A stretch of DNA of 55,968 nt, filler included, from Perkinsus olseni (Eukaryota), in NCBI GenBank assembly GCA_013115125.1. It is 2 parts of 2 records of this genome, joined end to end, with 100 filler letters (N's around TTAATTAATTAA, not from the genome) between each part and the next. Parts side by side here need not be neighbours in the genome. Positions count along the whole stretch, not along the records: positions 1 to 27,991 come from JABANN010000457.1; 1 more part is not named here. One strand, written 5' to 3'. The notes under the pieces are model-generated. The model was not told the DNA's origin. It saw nothing but the letters and a program-made list of their open reading frames with translations, and did no database searches. Below, piece after piece: positions 1 through 11,359 of the stretch. The translations under genes were made by a program, and so were the position numbers. Every line of letters starts with the position of its first letter. Position 1 is the stretch's first letter.

Positions 1-352
1 TATTCAAGTTAGCCTTTTTCTTGAGACCTTAATGGCACTGAGTTCAGTCCAGGGCGGCTTACCCCCAACACAGTGGCTGTGATAAAGCCGGATGCGAGCT
101 CGCCCCAGCCCTCCGTTCCCTGGATGTGGAGATAGGAAAGTCTGCCAAGACTATCCGTGACTATCCCACTATTTCGCGCGAGTCTGAGTCGACCGAATGA
201 AGGATCTCGAGATACAGAGTCAAGAGAACTAGCAAAGCGTGTCGCTCTTCTGAGAAAATTCTAAATCCGTTCACCAGAGAATCTGGCACCCCTCACTGAG
301 CTAACACTAATGCACTGAGGAAACGATGTTAAATGCTACATACGTAGATAAA

Positions 353-2641
353 CTACTTGGGACAGTATTTTTCGTCAAGAACAAGAACCTGAGCGCAAAA
401 GCACTGCGAGTGGTGAGCACGACGATCGAAGCAGACACGACGCGATCTCTCTGAGCGAGATAAGACGATCATCATGGCTAGCAACTGACGTTGTAGTGTT
501 TCCGGCCGTCGAATAGAATGTGGCAAGTGACGGGTTCCTCTGCATCCCGCTTGTCATTATCTAAAGGCAACGAAGGGATCCATCCGGACACCTGCGAGGG
601 CCTGAGGGCTCACTCCGTCTCGGGGGCACATCCCTCGTGACCGGTGGGGCATGGAATTTATAGCACAATACATATTTACCAGTCTGACTCTTCGGTGCAT
701 CCTCATGCTGCCATACGTAGACGTCACAATTATAAACCCTGTCAAGACAGAGGACGAGAGTCGGTACCGGAACGGGGAGAAACCCCACAGTACATTGACG
801 TCGCCACCAACTCGATCTCTCCGCCCCAGGTGTTGTCCCGGAGGAGGTTGTTACAGTAGCTGAAGCGAAGCTGGGCTAACGAGACGAATATTAGAGTGTT
901 CGTACTGGTCGAGGGTTCGCGAATTGGACTCCGCTTTGATCCATTCTTCAAGCGTAAGGCCGTTGAGCTGAGGGAAATTGCGCCCTATCCCCTATATGGA
1001 GTCCCCGAGCGCCGCCGCGGAGCTCACCTTCACAGTGGATGCGTTGTGTCTGAGGAAGCCTGATAGTTGCCGACGTATAACATGCTGGGGCTTGTTGAGC
1101 CAGTACCCCAACGCGTGGAAGAGACAGGAGCCGTCCGGAGGCTGACGGATCTGAACCATGCAGCGACCGCTTTGACACACAAGCGGCAGATGATGACTTA
1201 CCACCCGGCACACCTTCTCGGACAACGTCGAACGCCCAATCTCGAACCTGAGCATTGAACTCTTCTCCCCGACAGCGTTATCCGGATGGTGATTGAATGA
1301 TTAGTTCTCACGGAATACCATCGAGAACTTGGACAAAATACACCATCCCCTACTACGAAGTCTTCCGTTTCAAAGCCCTCCTGACTTTCCGATCAGAAGG
1401 TATCCATTCCCCATCCTCATCATCATCAACATCATCGCCTTCGCCCCTTGTTGCTTCATTCCGTGTCGTATCATTCACTTGAGAAGTATGGTCGTCAGCA
1501 CTCGATGAGACATCCGCTGCGGCACTAGCGGCACTAGCGGCGCTGCCCGCACCCGCCTCAGCTTCCCTGTGGAGGGCTTCTAACTGCGCTTCCTGCCAAA
1601 CAGAACAAGCTCTGCTAACTACGATGTAACTCGGAGAAAGAGCTCGAAGACCACCGGCGGACAACGCGAGTCTTCTTCTTGTGAACCTCGGGCGCGGCAC
1701 GGTCATTCGCTAGCCATTTGCCACCGACATGCTTCCTCTTATAGCCCCGCTTCTGCGGCCCGTTGGTCTCCGCTCAGTGAAGTTCCAGTAATTTCCCCAT
1801 ACATCCTCCCGAACAACGTGAATCATTCTCATGCATTTTTGACTCTCTGCAGTATCCGCTAATGAAGCGCGGTGATGCTCACTACATGAAGAAACAACGA
1901 TCCCCAGAGAGAGTCCCTATCCCAAGAACCCGCACTCCGACACCCTTCCCTAATACCAGCTCCGGCCGTCTAGCTATCTTCTGTCGCTGCTGCTCCGTGA
2001 GGGCCTTGCCGTTCTCCGAGGCTCCTACCAGTTTTGCAATGTCGTGGAGCTTCTTCTTAATACTACGGATCTTCACCCGACGCGTCTGGCCGGGTGCGGG
2101 TTCATCTGTGCGGAAAAATTTCAATTCACAAAATTGAAATCTGGTGGGAGAACCCAGTTTTCTCACTCACCCGCTGACTCGTTCTCCATCGCCGTCGTGG
2201 TCTTATGCTCAGACTCAACCCCATTAGGCTGTGGCTCGTGGGTCTCTTCCTGCCCTACACTCTGCGGTTCATTGGATGAGCAGGTCTCGGCCTCTGAAGC
2301 ACCATGTAGCGGCACTCAATACCCCCTCTGTTCCCGACCTGCATGCTGCAGCGCTTCTATTTGGTCCAACAGATCCTGTTCTCGAGCGAGCTTGGCCCTG
2401 ATGACACGGAAAAGCCGATTGCCGGCGGGAAGTTTGAAACCAGTAAAATATGGAAATGCGTGTGGCACAAGCGTGTCCAGCCGATTGAAGATTATATCAA
2501 AGGCGGCCGACCCTACCTCTGAGAATCGGTCAGAAGTTCCTCCCGGAGTTCGCCGCTTTCTATCTTGTTACGCATGGACCTCACCTCCCGAAGCTTTTTA
2601 TTCAGATTCCGCAATGACGCGGTGGCCTTAGGGACGGACAT
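353..2641 (-). CDS. OTU-domain deubiquitinase with two N-terminal PYM/eIF2A C-terminal-like helical motifs (multi-exon)
   Basis: GT-AG splicing from ATG 2641 gives one continuous frame: MSVPKATASLRNLNKKLREV..., RVIRQPPDGSCLFHAL (OTU Cys box), TWGGEIEL, HILFDGRKHYN (His box), VLVLDEKYCPK*. Confidence 0.8.
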
Positions 2642-2858
2642 TGTGATCTTGGTCGAGTCAAACGAACAGACCGAGTTGAACGGAATCCATCTATCTCAGC
2701 GTTCGCCCAGTGGATGGAGCTGGCCAGGGCCTCAGGGGCCTCTCCAAGAGTGCGGCAGTGCATTTGGCCAGCTAGATTCTCGATTCCGAAGTGTCCCAAC
2801 CCGAACTACTACAACACAACCGCAGAACCAATGATAACCACCATCATCAACAGCATGT

Positions 2859-3379
2859 TCACTGACCGCCTGCATTCGACTCACTCGGTGCAGCGGCCTG
2901 CCCACTGATCGCTTCCAGCTGAGAGAAGTCCCAATGCGTTCAGACCCAGCCGATACGGCAACCAGGACATCGGTGTGGTACCTTCTGCTGACAGAACTTG
3001 ATAGCGAATTTGTATATTCGAACCTGCGCCTCCTTCTCAGACACCTTCTCTGGCCCGACCGGGTTTGCCCGAATCACCTGAACAATTGGCCAGAAGCGGG
3101 GCTCCATCACTCACAGCAAGGTCACTACTTCCTTTGTGAGGTCTTTCAAAACCTGAGCATGGACAAAATATTAGCCCAAGAGTCGAGAGCCACATGCAGC
3201 AGGACAGGCAACGCTCGTCAGCGAATCATACAGAGAGTGTTCTACCTCGGGGCGCGAGAGCGCCGAGGAACCAATTAGACGCATTCCACTACCTCATGCA
3301 ACTGCTGAGGTATTTGAATTTGCTCCGGACAAAAAATGCGTTCTCCGGTAGCTTCAACTCCCGAGGGATCCATGTTCAT
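2859..3379 (-). CDS. Ropporin-1-like / RIIa dimerisation-docking domain small protein (radial spoke RSP11-like)
   Basis: Four spliced exons give MNMDPSGVEATGERIFCPEQIQIPQQLHE|VLKDLTKE|VIRANPVGPEK...IYKFAIKFCQQK|LEAISG...*. RIFCxEQIxIPxxLxxILKxxTKxxIRxxP is the ropporin/ROPN1L N-terminus. Absent from the ORF track. Confidence 0.7.
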
Positions 3380-3693
3380 CTAACTGCCAACCACAAGATA
3401 CTCCACCCCATCCCTTCTTAGTAACACGATACACCGCAAAGTGCACACAGAGAAACAATGCACTCGGGTGGCGGAACACTATATTTGTTAGCGGTTAAAT
3501 AGCAGTGGTCACAAGCGGAGCTGCAAGTACCGATCACAGTGGCACATAGTGGAATGGTAAGGACGCAATTCGCTCGTTAGAGCCGGGGACTACTCAGCAC
3601 CGACCTGATGACTGATACAGGCTCTTCTGATGCGGCAGTAGATGCACTCATCTGAGACATACCGAAATCTCGTACTGAAACTGAGCCACACTC

Positions 3694-5368
3694 TTACGCT
3701 GCAAAAGAGGCGAGCTTTCTCTCTCCAAGAGATGATTCGTAGGTCATATTGAGCTTCTTCGCCTAAGGAGCACGAGTAACCGTTTCCAAAATCATTCGAA
3801 GCGGCAGCATCATGCAGTAAGTTACATCGCTAATAGCATCCTCAACTTCCTTCTTGGTTGTAGCCGTTCGGAGTCGGGCACGTACAGACTCAGGATCGGG
3901 TCCGGCAGCGGAGACTGAAAAGCCGATTGTTAACACAAACTTGGCAACGCTGTCAACCCTACCATTAGTCTCATTGCTCCTCTTGCTCTTCAACTCCGCT
4001 TGATGAGCTTTTGCCTGAAGAGCATTCACTCTAAAACCGAGGTCACTAACTGAAGCACTCACCTCAGCAATGAGCTGCTGCAGATTTTGCTCCTGGTGAC
4101 GACGAGACGAGAAAGTTGTGGAGTTCTTATCAGCGTTGTTAGACGATGGCGATACAGCTTGCTTCTCGACGGAGGAGGACGAGCTGGGACCGGCAGCAAC
4201 GGGCCTGAGGAAATAGACGGGTGCGCTGCTTGATACTGGCAATCGCGAATAGACCAGAAACTCTGAGTCGGCAGTCAAAAAATGGCGAAAACTACTACTT
4301 CCGTTGAGCCTTGTGGCTCTTTTTGTTAGTGGGGCTTGACTGAGCCTTAGGCGAGGAGCTTCTGCGCTGCTTGGGCGATTCAGCCTTGGGCGTATTGGAA
4401 TCGATGCCCTGGAGGGAAATAGGACATAAGGAAATTTGCTCAAGGAAAGTCCCGTTGCTCACCATGGTCAGCTGGTAAAGCTGGGTAATAACACTGACCA
4501 GTTGCTTCTGCTCCAACTTCTTTTGCGTGAACTCAGAGTGTTGTTCCTGATACCTGCAGCGAGTAATTGAAACATCGCCAGCGTGGACGGAAGATTCAGC
4601 ACGGAATCCACGACGAAGCATTACTTCTGAGTAAGGTCAGCTATCTTCGTCTTCAACTCCTCATTCTCCTTCTCTAGGTCTTCATCACTCTTACCTGCAC
4701 ATGTCATGAAACACGTTAGACGATCGTCAATACAAACCACATACTCGGGCTAGTCTCAGCGCTCTTCTTCCCCCTCCTATTCTTCTTGCTGGCGCTAGTG
4801 GTTTTGGCTTCCTCCTTCGGCGAAGTCTCGGCTACCGATTTTTCAGCTGGGCTCTTAGCAGGAGTCGCTTCCTTTTTCTCGGTTTCAGTTGGCGTAGACA
4901 CCTCCGCTGTGGCCTTGAGGGCCTCCTGCTCAGTCGAGGTCTTAGTTTCGACAGGAGTCGCCGCAGCCTCGGGCTTCTTAGTAGCCTTGACTGGTTCAGC
5001 TGATTGCTGCGCTACTGCGGGCTTCTCCCCTTCTGTACTAGACTGCGTGGTCTCGTCCTTCTTGGCCGCTTGGCCGTCAGCGCCCGTAGATGCCACGGTC
5101 TTGTCGGCAACGGGTTTGTCGCTATCGGCAGTCCCTTGGGTAACCTTGGCCTCGGGTGTTACTTTCAACTTTTCCTCAACTTTCGTTTCCGATACACTAG
5201 TAGCTTCAACCTTCACAGAAGAATCAGATACCTGCGAAACAGGAGGACACTCATGAAACCAATCGAGTTGACTATCACTACCTCCTTCTCTGCGACTGTG
5301 ACAGTGGCCTGGTCGGTACCCTCTTTCTTGGGAGAGTCAGATGTTAGCTTAGATAGGAACGAGAACAT
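3694..5368 (-). CDS. Hypothetical protein: T/E/K/A-rich low-complexity N-half, coiled coil, short helical C-terminal domain
   Basis: Starts MFSFLSKLTSDSPKKEG at 5368. Long exon 4745-5231, coiled-coil exons (EDLEKENEELKTKIADLTQK), last exon AKKLNMTYESSLGERKLASFAA*. Confidence 0.7.
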
Positions 5369-5712
5369 TTCCGTCGAGCAGGTGTCAGAAAAATCAAGAA
5401 CAATACTTCAGAGCGCCCAACTTCCCCTAGATTTATTGGAGCAGCGCAGTAGCCCCCGCCTTAACACTACACTGGAATTTGTCAAAATAATCCTGTCACC
5501 AAGCCTTTACGGGCTACAAGACTGGATTTAATGATACCGTTATAACAAATACTCAGCTACTACATAGAGTCGAACGCCATAGGGGCATCCAACTCGCAGA
5601 GAGAATACCCACTGTTATGAGAGCATGAGATATGACATGTCTTCAGGCAGCCAGCCAGAAGTGTACGGGAAGTTTTGAAACCACCACCAACTCGCCAGTA
5701 TATAGCCCACGC

Positions 5713-6492
5713 TTACCTGCAGAGCCCGTCAACCGTGACTGAGGAGTACAGAACTCACCAAGTGGAGAAGGAGTAGAAGGTCTGGATGCGAGGCCTCTGG
5801 AAACCGTACATACGGTAGTCCATCGATCTGTAACGATCGAAGCACATCTTCTTGCACTCCAGCTCCACTGGACGGCATTCGGAACAGCTGAAAAGTGAGC
5901 AACAACAATAGCTACCAAAACAATGAGAAATCCCATTACAATTTATCCTGAGGGTGCATCCAGGTAAAGTCGTAGCGTCTCTGGTTCATGAAGCGGGATT
6001 CCAACGAAACCGGTCTAGGCGGTTTAGTGCCCTGGTGCTTCAACTGCGACGAGCAACAGTTTTATTAGGGCACTCGTGAGGGTTCCAGGCGGGATCCTAC
6101 CTCCTGCAAATCCAGATAGGCCGAGTAGGGCGTAGCGAGAGTGCAGCAGTAGAAAAGGAAGAGCAGAGCTGAGAAGGTAGATTGATGATGCTGTTGATAC
6201 AGCTGCTCCCTGACTTACTCTTTCTCTCCCACTCAGTCCACATACCAGAGTTCTTACGGAAGTAGGGGTCCATATCCAGGATAAACTCCCGACGAGAATG
6301 CCACCTGACCAAGGAGGCAATACAGGCTCTAACGCCCAACCCCAACGCAGCCGTGTCTTACCTCGTGAGCATTCCCGTAACATCGAGCCAGCGTAGAATC
6401 TTTTGGTTGAGGGTCTCGCTGGTCGAGATGTAGCCGATCCTCTGCACATGGCGCGGGACTCCACGCGGGCAATTACGCAGAAGCGACGACAT
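5713..6492 (-). CDS. Conserved-looking ~173-aa mitochondrial protein with one hydrophobic segment and a CxxC-x6-CxxxC motif; possibly a myzozoan-specific complex IV (ApiCox-type) subunit
   Basis: Spliced product MSSLLRNCPRGVPRHVQRIG...WHSRREFILDMDPYFRKNSGMWTEWERKTLLFLFYCCTLATPYSAYLDLQE...QDKFCSECRPVELECKKMCFDRYR...FSTW*. The gene model is solid. The family assignment is from memory and unverified. Confidence 0.6.
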
Positions 6493-6978
6493 TCCCAACG
6501 GTACACTGCAATAAAAATGGCGACCGGAAAAACTCACGCTGGAACCAACTCTCTCTGTTTTTAACAACCGAGGGTTATGCCTCGAGACCGCGATCGATCA
6601 ATCCACGTTCAAGGGAGGCCTACGGACTCCGCACAAAAGAGTTCAAACCGGCTCAAGCCAGGTTCAGTAGTGGAGGTAATAAGAATGTACGAAGGGAAAG
6701 CGAGGTACACTGCTGAGGGGGCAGACCTGGACTGGGCGCCTAGGATCACCATAATATAGCCGAACAAATCACAGGCTAAGAACTCCCTCGCCGACGTGCT
6801 GCCCAGAGGGAAATCTTATGTACTCTTGCAATCTTGCCGAGAAACTCAACGCTGCCATTCGAACTGCGAAACTCAAATCTCGCTCGCCCTAATTCCGGTT
6901 GTGCTGGTTTCCGATTCAACCTTGTGCTCTCTCTGCTCCACTAAGGCACCTTCTTCTTTCGTCAACCTCCAGGTGCGT

Positions 6979-9900
6979 TCAAGGTCTGCCGAGTTGTCGG
7001 CCAGAGGAGGGCTCGGGTGTACTCAACTCATCGTCCTCGTCATCCAGTTCAACTGGAGCCGTGGCCGCCTTCCGTTTCTTAGACTGTTCCCTAGCAAGCC
7101 CTTTAACTGCCTTCTGCATACGCTTGCTGTGTACATCGACCACTCGTCCACGATCAAACTTGGGGGCAAAGTAGTCTGTTATTCGTCGTTGAACCATCGT
7201 TGACTTCTCCTTCTCCAACACTGGTCTCAACAATTGAGCCACCTGACATCGCCAGAAAGAACACTAGGCAACCATTGGAAGCCACGAGATACCGATTCCT
7301 GCGTCATGTCCGTGTATTTGCTCATCAACCCCTCAATCTCCAAGGCATCCGGCTCCGCCCACGAAAACGGCTCCTTGCTGTCGTCCACTACAGGGCGACT
7401 CAAAGCATCCCAAACCTGCCGTACAGCATGATGGGCGAGTGTGGGCGGCTCAGTATGTTACATCTTGTCGAGGGAAGTCCTTCGGGAAGGTCCACGTTGA
7501 CCTGTATCCGCCATGATCTCTCTTGAACTGACGTAGCTGCAGAGAGTCGACGCCCTCCTCGCCAGGTACCGGTGCCTCGATCTCCTTCGGATCTTCCGAC
7601 ACCAGTGCCGACGCCCACACTCGGAGCTGCAGCAGCCTGAGTTGTACAAATCAACCCAGGGCTCAAACTCGACCACAGATTAGTACCGCTCCATTCCCAC
7701 ATATCCGGCCTCGATAATCTCCAAAGCGTTCACCGCACCGATGCCGAGTACTCCCGGTGTATAATCGCAGCCTAGCAGCATCGCCAAGGATACCTAAATG
7801 CGCGTGCTCAGCCGCCAGTACTACGCCAGTACTGGCGTGTAGACTGGTACGCCGATCGCCGTACGTGTAGAGCCAATCGAGCCTACCATCGCGTCCTGTT
7901 CTCTAAGCCTATCAGGCATCCTGTTACTGCTGTACATTTCTACGTACATGGCATCAAAGTACAGCCGCCGCAAGACCACGTCAGCGCCGTACATCAGGGT
8001 ATCGCTATCATCAGAAATGACTCCATCCGCCAGACCCTAAGAATACACTACTCTTAATCCGATCCAGCGCGATTTCCCCGCTCACATTTTGGACCAACGC
8101 TACACACTGCGCCTCGGCCTCGCAAGGAGCATCCACCCAGGGTATGCCGAAGGCCGTCAACAGCAGTTGTATTTCCTCCTTCAGCGCTCTGAAGTCCACC
8201 TGAACGACAAAGATGCTACTGCGGGGCAGGGATGGTCACTGATTACCTCAGTCTGTTGTTTCGCCAGCTTGTTAACATTATCCTCCAATAACTTTTCCTC
8301 AACTCTCAGCTTGTTTTGCAGGTCATCAATAGCCGACAGTGGTGCCTGTCACATAGCTTTCGATGGGCGACTCGTCGAAGGCTGCGCGAAAGGAGGGCTC
8401 ACTTGGTTCGCCTTATTCCGGCTTCTATTTCGCGGCTTCGGCATTTCCTCAATATCTATCATCTTTCGTTCTATCTCCACCAAGGCATCGATGTCAATAT
8501 CATCCAGCTCTTCCAAAGCAGCCTTAGCCTCAGCTGATTCTGCCTCCCTAGTAGCGTCATCTGATGGTCTCGGCTGCCCGACAGTCCGTGGCTGCGGGAC
8601 CCACGCCGTCCTAGTTGCTCCCTCGATAGGAGGACGATCCAATGACACGCCCTCCGGCTTTCGTGCTTCATCTCTAATCCTCTTCGTTCTCGATGCAGAC
8701 AGTGACCTCTCCCTCCTCAGTCTCTTCGCTCCTAGTTCCAACTCCTCCTCAGCCGGTTCGGCACTCGCACGAGTTTCCGAAACAATCTTGGGTTGCGTCA
8801 AGTCACCCGCCGTCGGCAATTCTACTGAAGAGCCTGGCCGCAGATGACCAGGGGAGCTGGATTCAGCGGCTGTCGAGGATGAGAACGGGGATGCCTCGAC
8901 CTTGTGAGAGGCCGGCACCGCACCTCGGTCATCCATCATAATATCGGACTGAGAGACGGGCCACCAGATTCTGGCAGGCCATCAATTATTCCGTCGGAAC
9001 TCACCTGAGTCGCAGTGTCGATTGGCCTCTTGTTCGCGAAAACCTCGATCATTTCAACCGTACCTTCCTCATTCTCTGAGACCGCCACAGAGTTCGGCTC
9101 GTGAACTGCACAAAGTTCACTCGAGTCCCTGCTCAGCTCTCCTCCGTCGTCACCAACAGGACCGCCCTGCGGCAAAACCGCAGTCGGTTCATCCGCTCCC
9201 ATCTTTACATCGCATATACCATCCTCCTTGGCAACCAGGAGCGGCACAGTCTGACTGGCTTTGTCAGGAATTATCTCTTCAGGACTTGACAGCTCTTTAG
9301 ACGTCCCCTTTCTCTTGAGGTTCACCTTCAGCCTCCCTATACTTCTACCCGGATCACTGTTCACGTTGCTGATTCTCCCTCGAGCAGGGGAAAGGCGCAG
9401 TAGTGGAACTTCTGCTACCTCGTCCTCTTCTGTGCTCTTCACGCCTTGAGGCTCGTCGTCGGCAAACATATTATCAAAGTCAACACCAGACGACGAGTCG
9501 CTGTCGTTACCCAGTGCATCGTCACTAGACTCGAGCGCTCCCGCTTTCTCTTCCGTCTTTACTACCGCCCCCTCCGCCTCACTATCAGGACTACCACTAA
9601 GAACCTCTTCTAGTGTGTGCTTCAGGTGGAAGTCTTCCATAGGAGCATAGTTCAAGTTATCCAAGTTGTTCATATATCGACTCCGAGATTTCTTCTTCTG
9701 TCGCCATTCAAATTCCGGCGGAGGTGACGGAGATGATGACGAGGAAGTAACAGCCTCAGGAGGTACATAAATGCCTTTAGCGGTGCTGTCCTCTCCTGAA
9801 TAGCGCACGATGCCAGAAGAACTTTCCCGCCATGGATTCACCACGAAACGCAATGAAGTCCGCCATGGATACCCCTAGCGGAGCTGTACCCCTCACACTA

Positions 9901-11359
9901 CCTTTGGCCGCCAATCTATGCTCTTCTTCCTCCTTGGCAATCTCTAATTTAGTCTTGCTTATCATCTCATTAACTCGCACTAGTTCCATATATTGCGCAG
10001 TATTGCTCGCACTGCGAGAGCATCACCACTGTGTTGCATGCCAATATCCTCTCCTGTACTCACAAAGCAATCCCTTCCGCCCCCGCAACTGCCTGATGAT
10101 GAATCGCCCTCGCACGACCATCATTCATCACCTACGACGAAGGCCACAAAGATCGAGCCATAATATTCTACGATCGAGCCCACTTGCCGTGCACATGCTC
10201 CCTATACTACCCTCTCTCTAACCTCCAACAGCACTTTGTACCGCACCATGGTTGGCAGTTGAGCCACTGTATCGAGATCATATCCACCGCTTTTAGAGTT
10301 CTGTCCTTGGTCTTGAACCATATCCTAATCAATAGCTCGCCGGGTTCACGTTGCTCTATTCCCGCTTCTAGCAACCTGAGCTACCTCGAGCTCCCGAACA
10401 GCTTCCTGGGACACTTGTATATCATCAAGTCCTCTTCGCTCCGCTAGGAACCCACGAAAGGCGGACGGAACGGCCTTATTATATCTGACTTAGGAACCTC
10501 ATCCGCAGTACGTGCCGCAGCTAACAGATACCTCCATCGTCGTCTCCTCTGACTCGGCTCATTACGACGCTCTTCTTCCGAGCTGGGCACGCCATTCAGA
10601 GTCCTGGCGCTGCTCCACTCGCTATCGGACGAAGCGTCGCTGTCACTGCTGGATGAAACTGATATGCTATCCGCAACCTCGGCAGTCGAGCCTGAGGCAA
10701 TGAGCTTCAACTTTGCGCGGCTTCTTTTGCGATAATTTACTACCATCCGGTCCGGTCGCCCCTGTCGTCGAGGACGAGCTGCTGCTGCTGCCTTGAGCAC
10801 CCGCGGTCGTTCCTTCACTCTCCACTCGTGATGCAGCTTTCTGCAGAAGCCTACACAGGTTAGGAGCATGCCAAACAACACATATCGGACTCCGTCTCGT
10901 GAGCTTCGAACAGCCGTTTAGTATGAGCCACCTGTTCTTCACTAGCTGCTGCGCGGTCCGTCGTAGCCGCGCTTCTGCTTTCTCCGCTTCCCTGGCTCGC
11001 TTCGCTATTGTATCTCTCTTCAATTTCGGGGCTGGCCCATCGAACACTATTATAGGCTTGACTTTCAGGAATAGCAATTTGCATAAACCTGAGTGGCTAG
11101 AGCCATAGAAATGCTGGAAGCGGAGCGACCGTTGATTATCACGTCTGAAGAATCCCAGCATGTGAGGCCCCTTTTTGTTAGGCGGCATCGCCCGCACGAA
11201 GTGATACATCCAAATGGAAGCATCGATGGCTAATATCTGCAAGGAGAGGCGACTGAGTCCGACACGGTCGTTGGATTGTCCTGCCTTATTCGCCATAACG
11301 TCCAGAGATACTCGCCGTCCATAGGGAGAGACCAGCTGCCATAAGCCACTAACTCCCAT
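6979..11359 (-). CDS. ERCC5: XPG/RAD2 nucleotide-excision-repair endonuclease (multi-exon; 3' end may extend to ~6873)
   Basis: N-domain MGVSGLWQL, ILAIDASIW, PIIVFDGPAPKLKRDT. Long acidic spacer. I-domain FGIPWVDAPCEAEAQC, GVISDDSDTLMYG, LLGCDYTPGVLGIGAVNALEII. PIP box QRRITDYF. Confidence 0.92.

Noticed and set aside
1812..1826. 15-mer AACAACGTGAATCAT shared by introns at 1812 and 33667 (Introner-like family)
   Set aside because: Flanks do not align, and a few 15-mer pairs are expected by chance in 56 kb.
8089..8847. Long plus-strand ORFs such as 8089-8847, 4786-5256, 16060-16773 and 2044-2631
   Set aside because: Antisense shadows of well-supported minus-strand genes, with no recognisable motifs.
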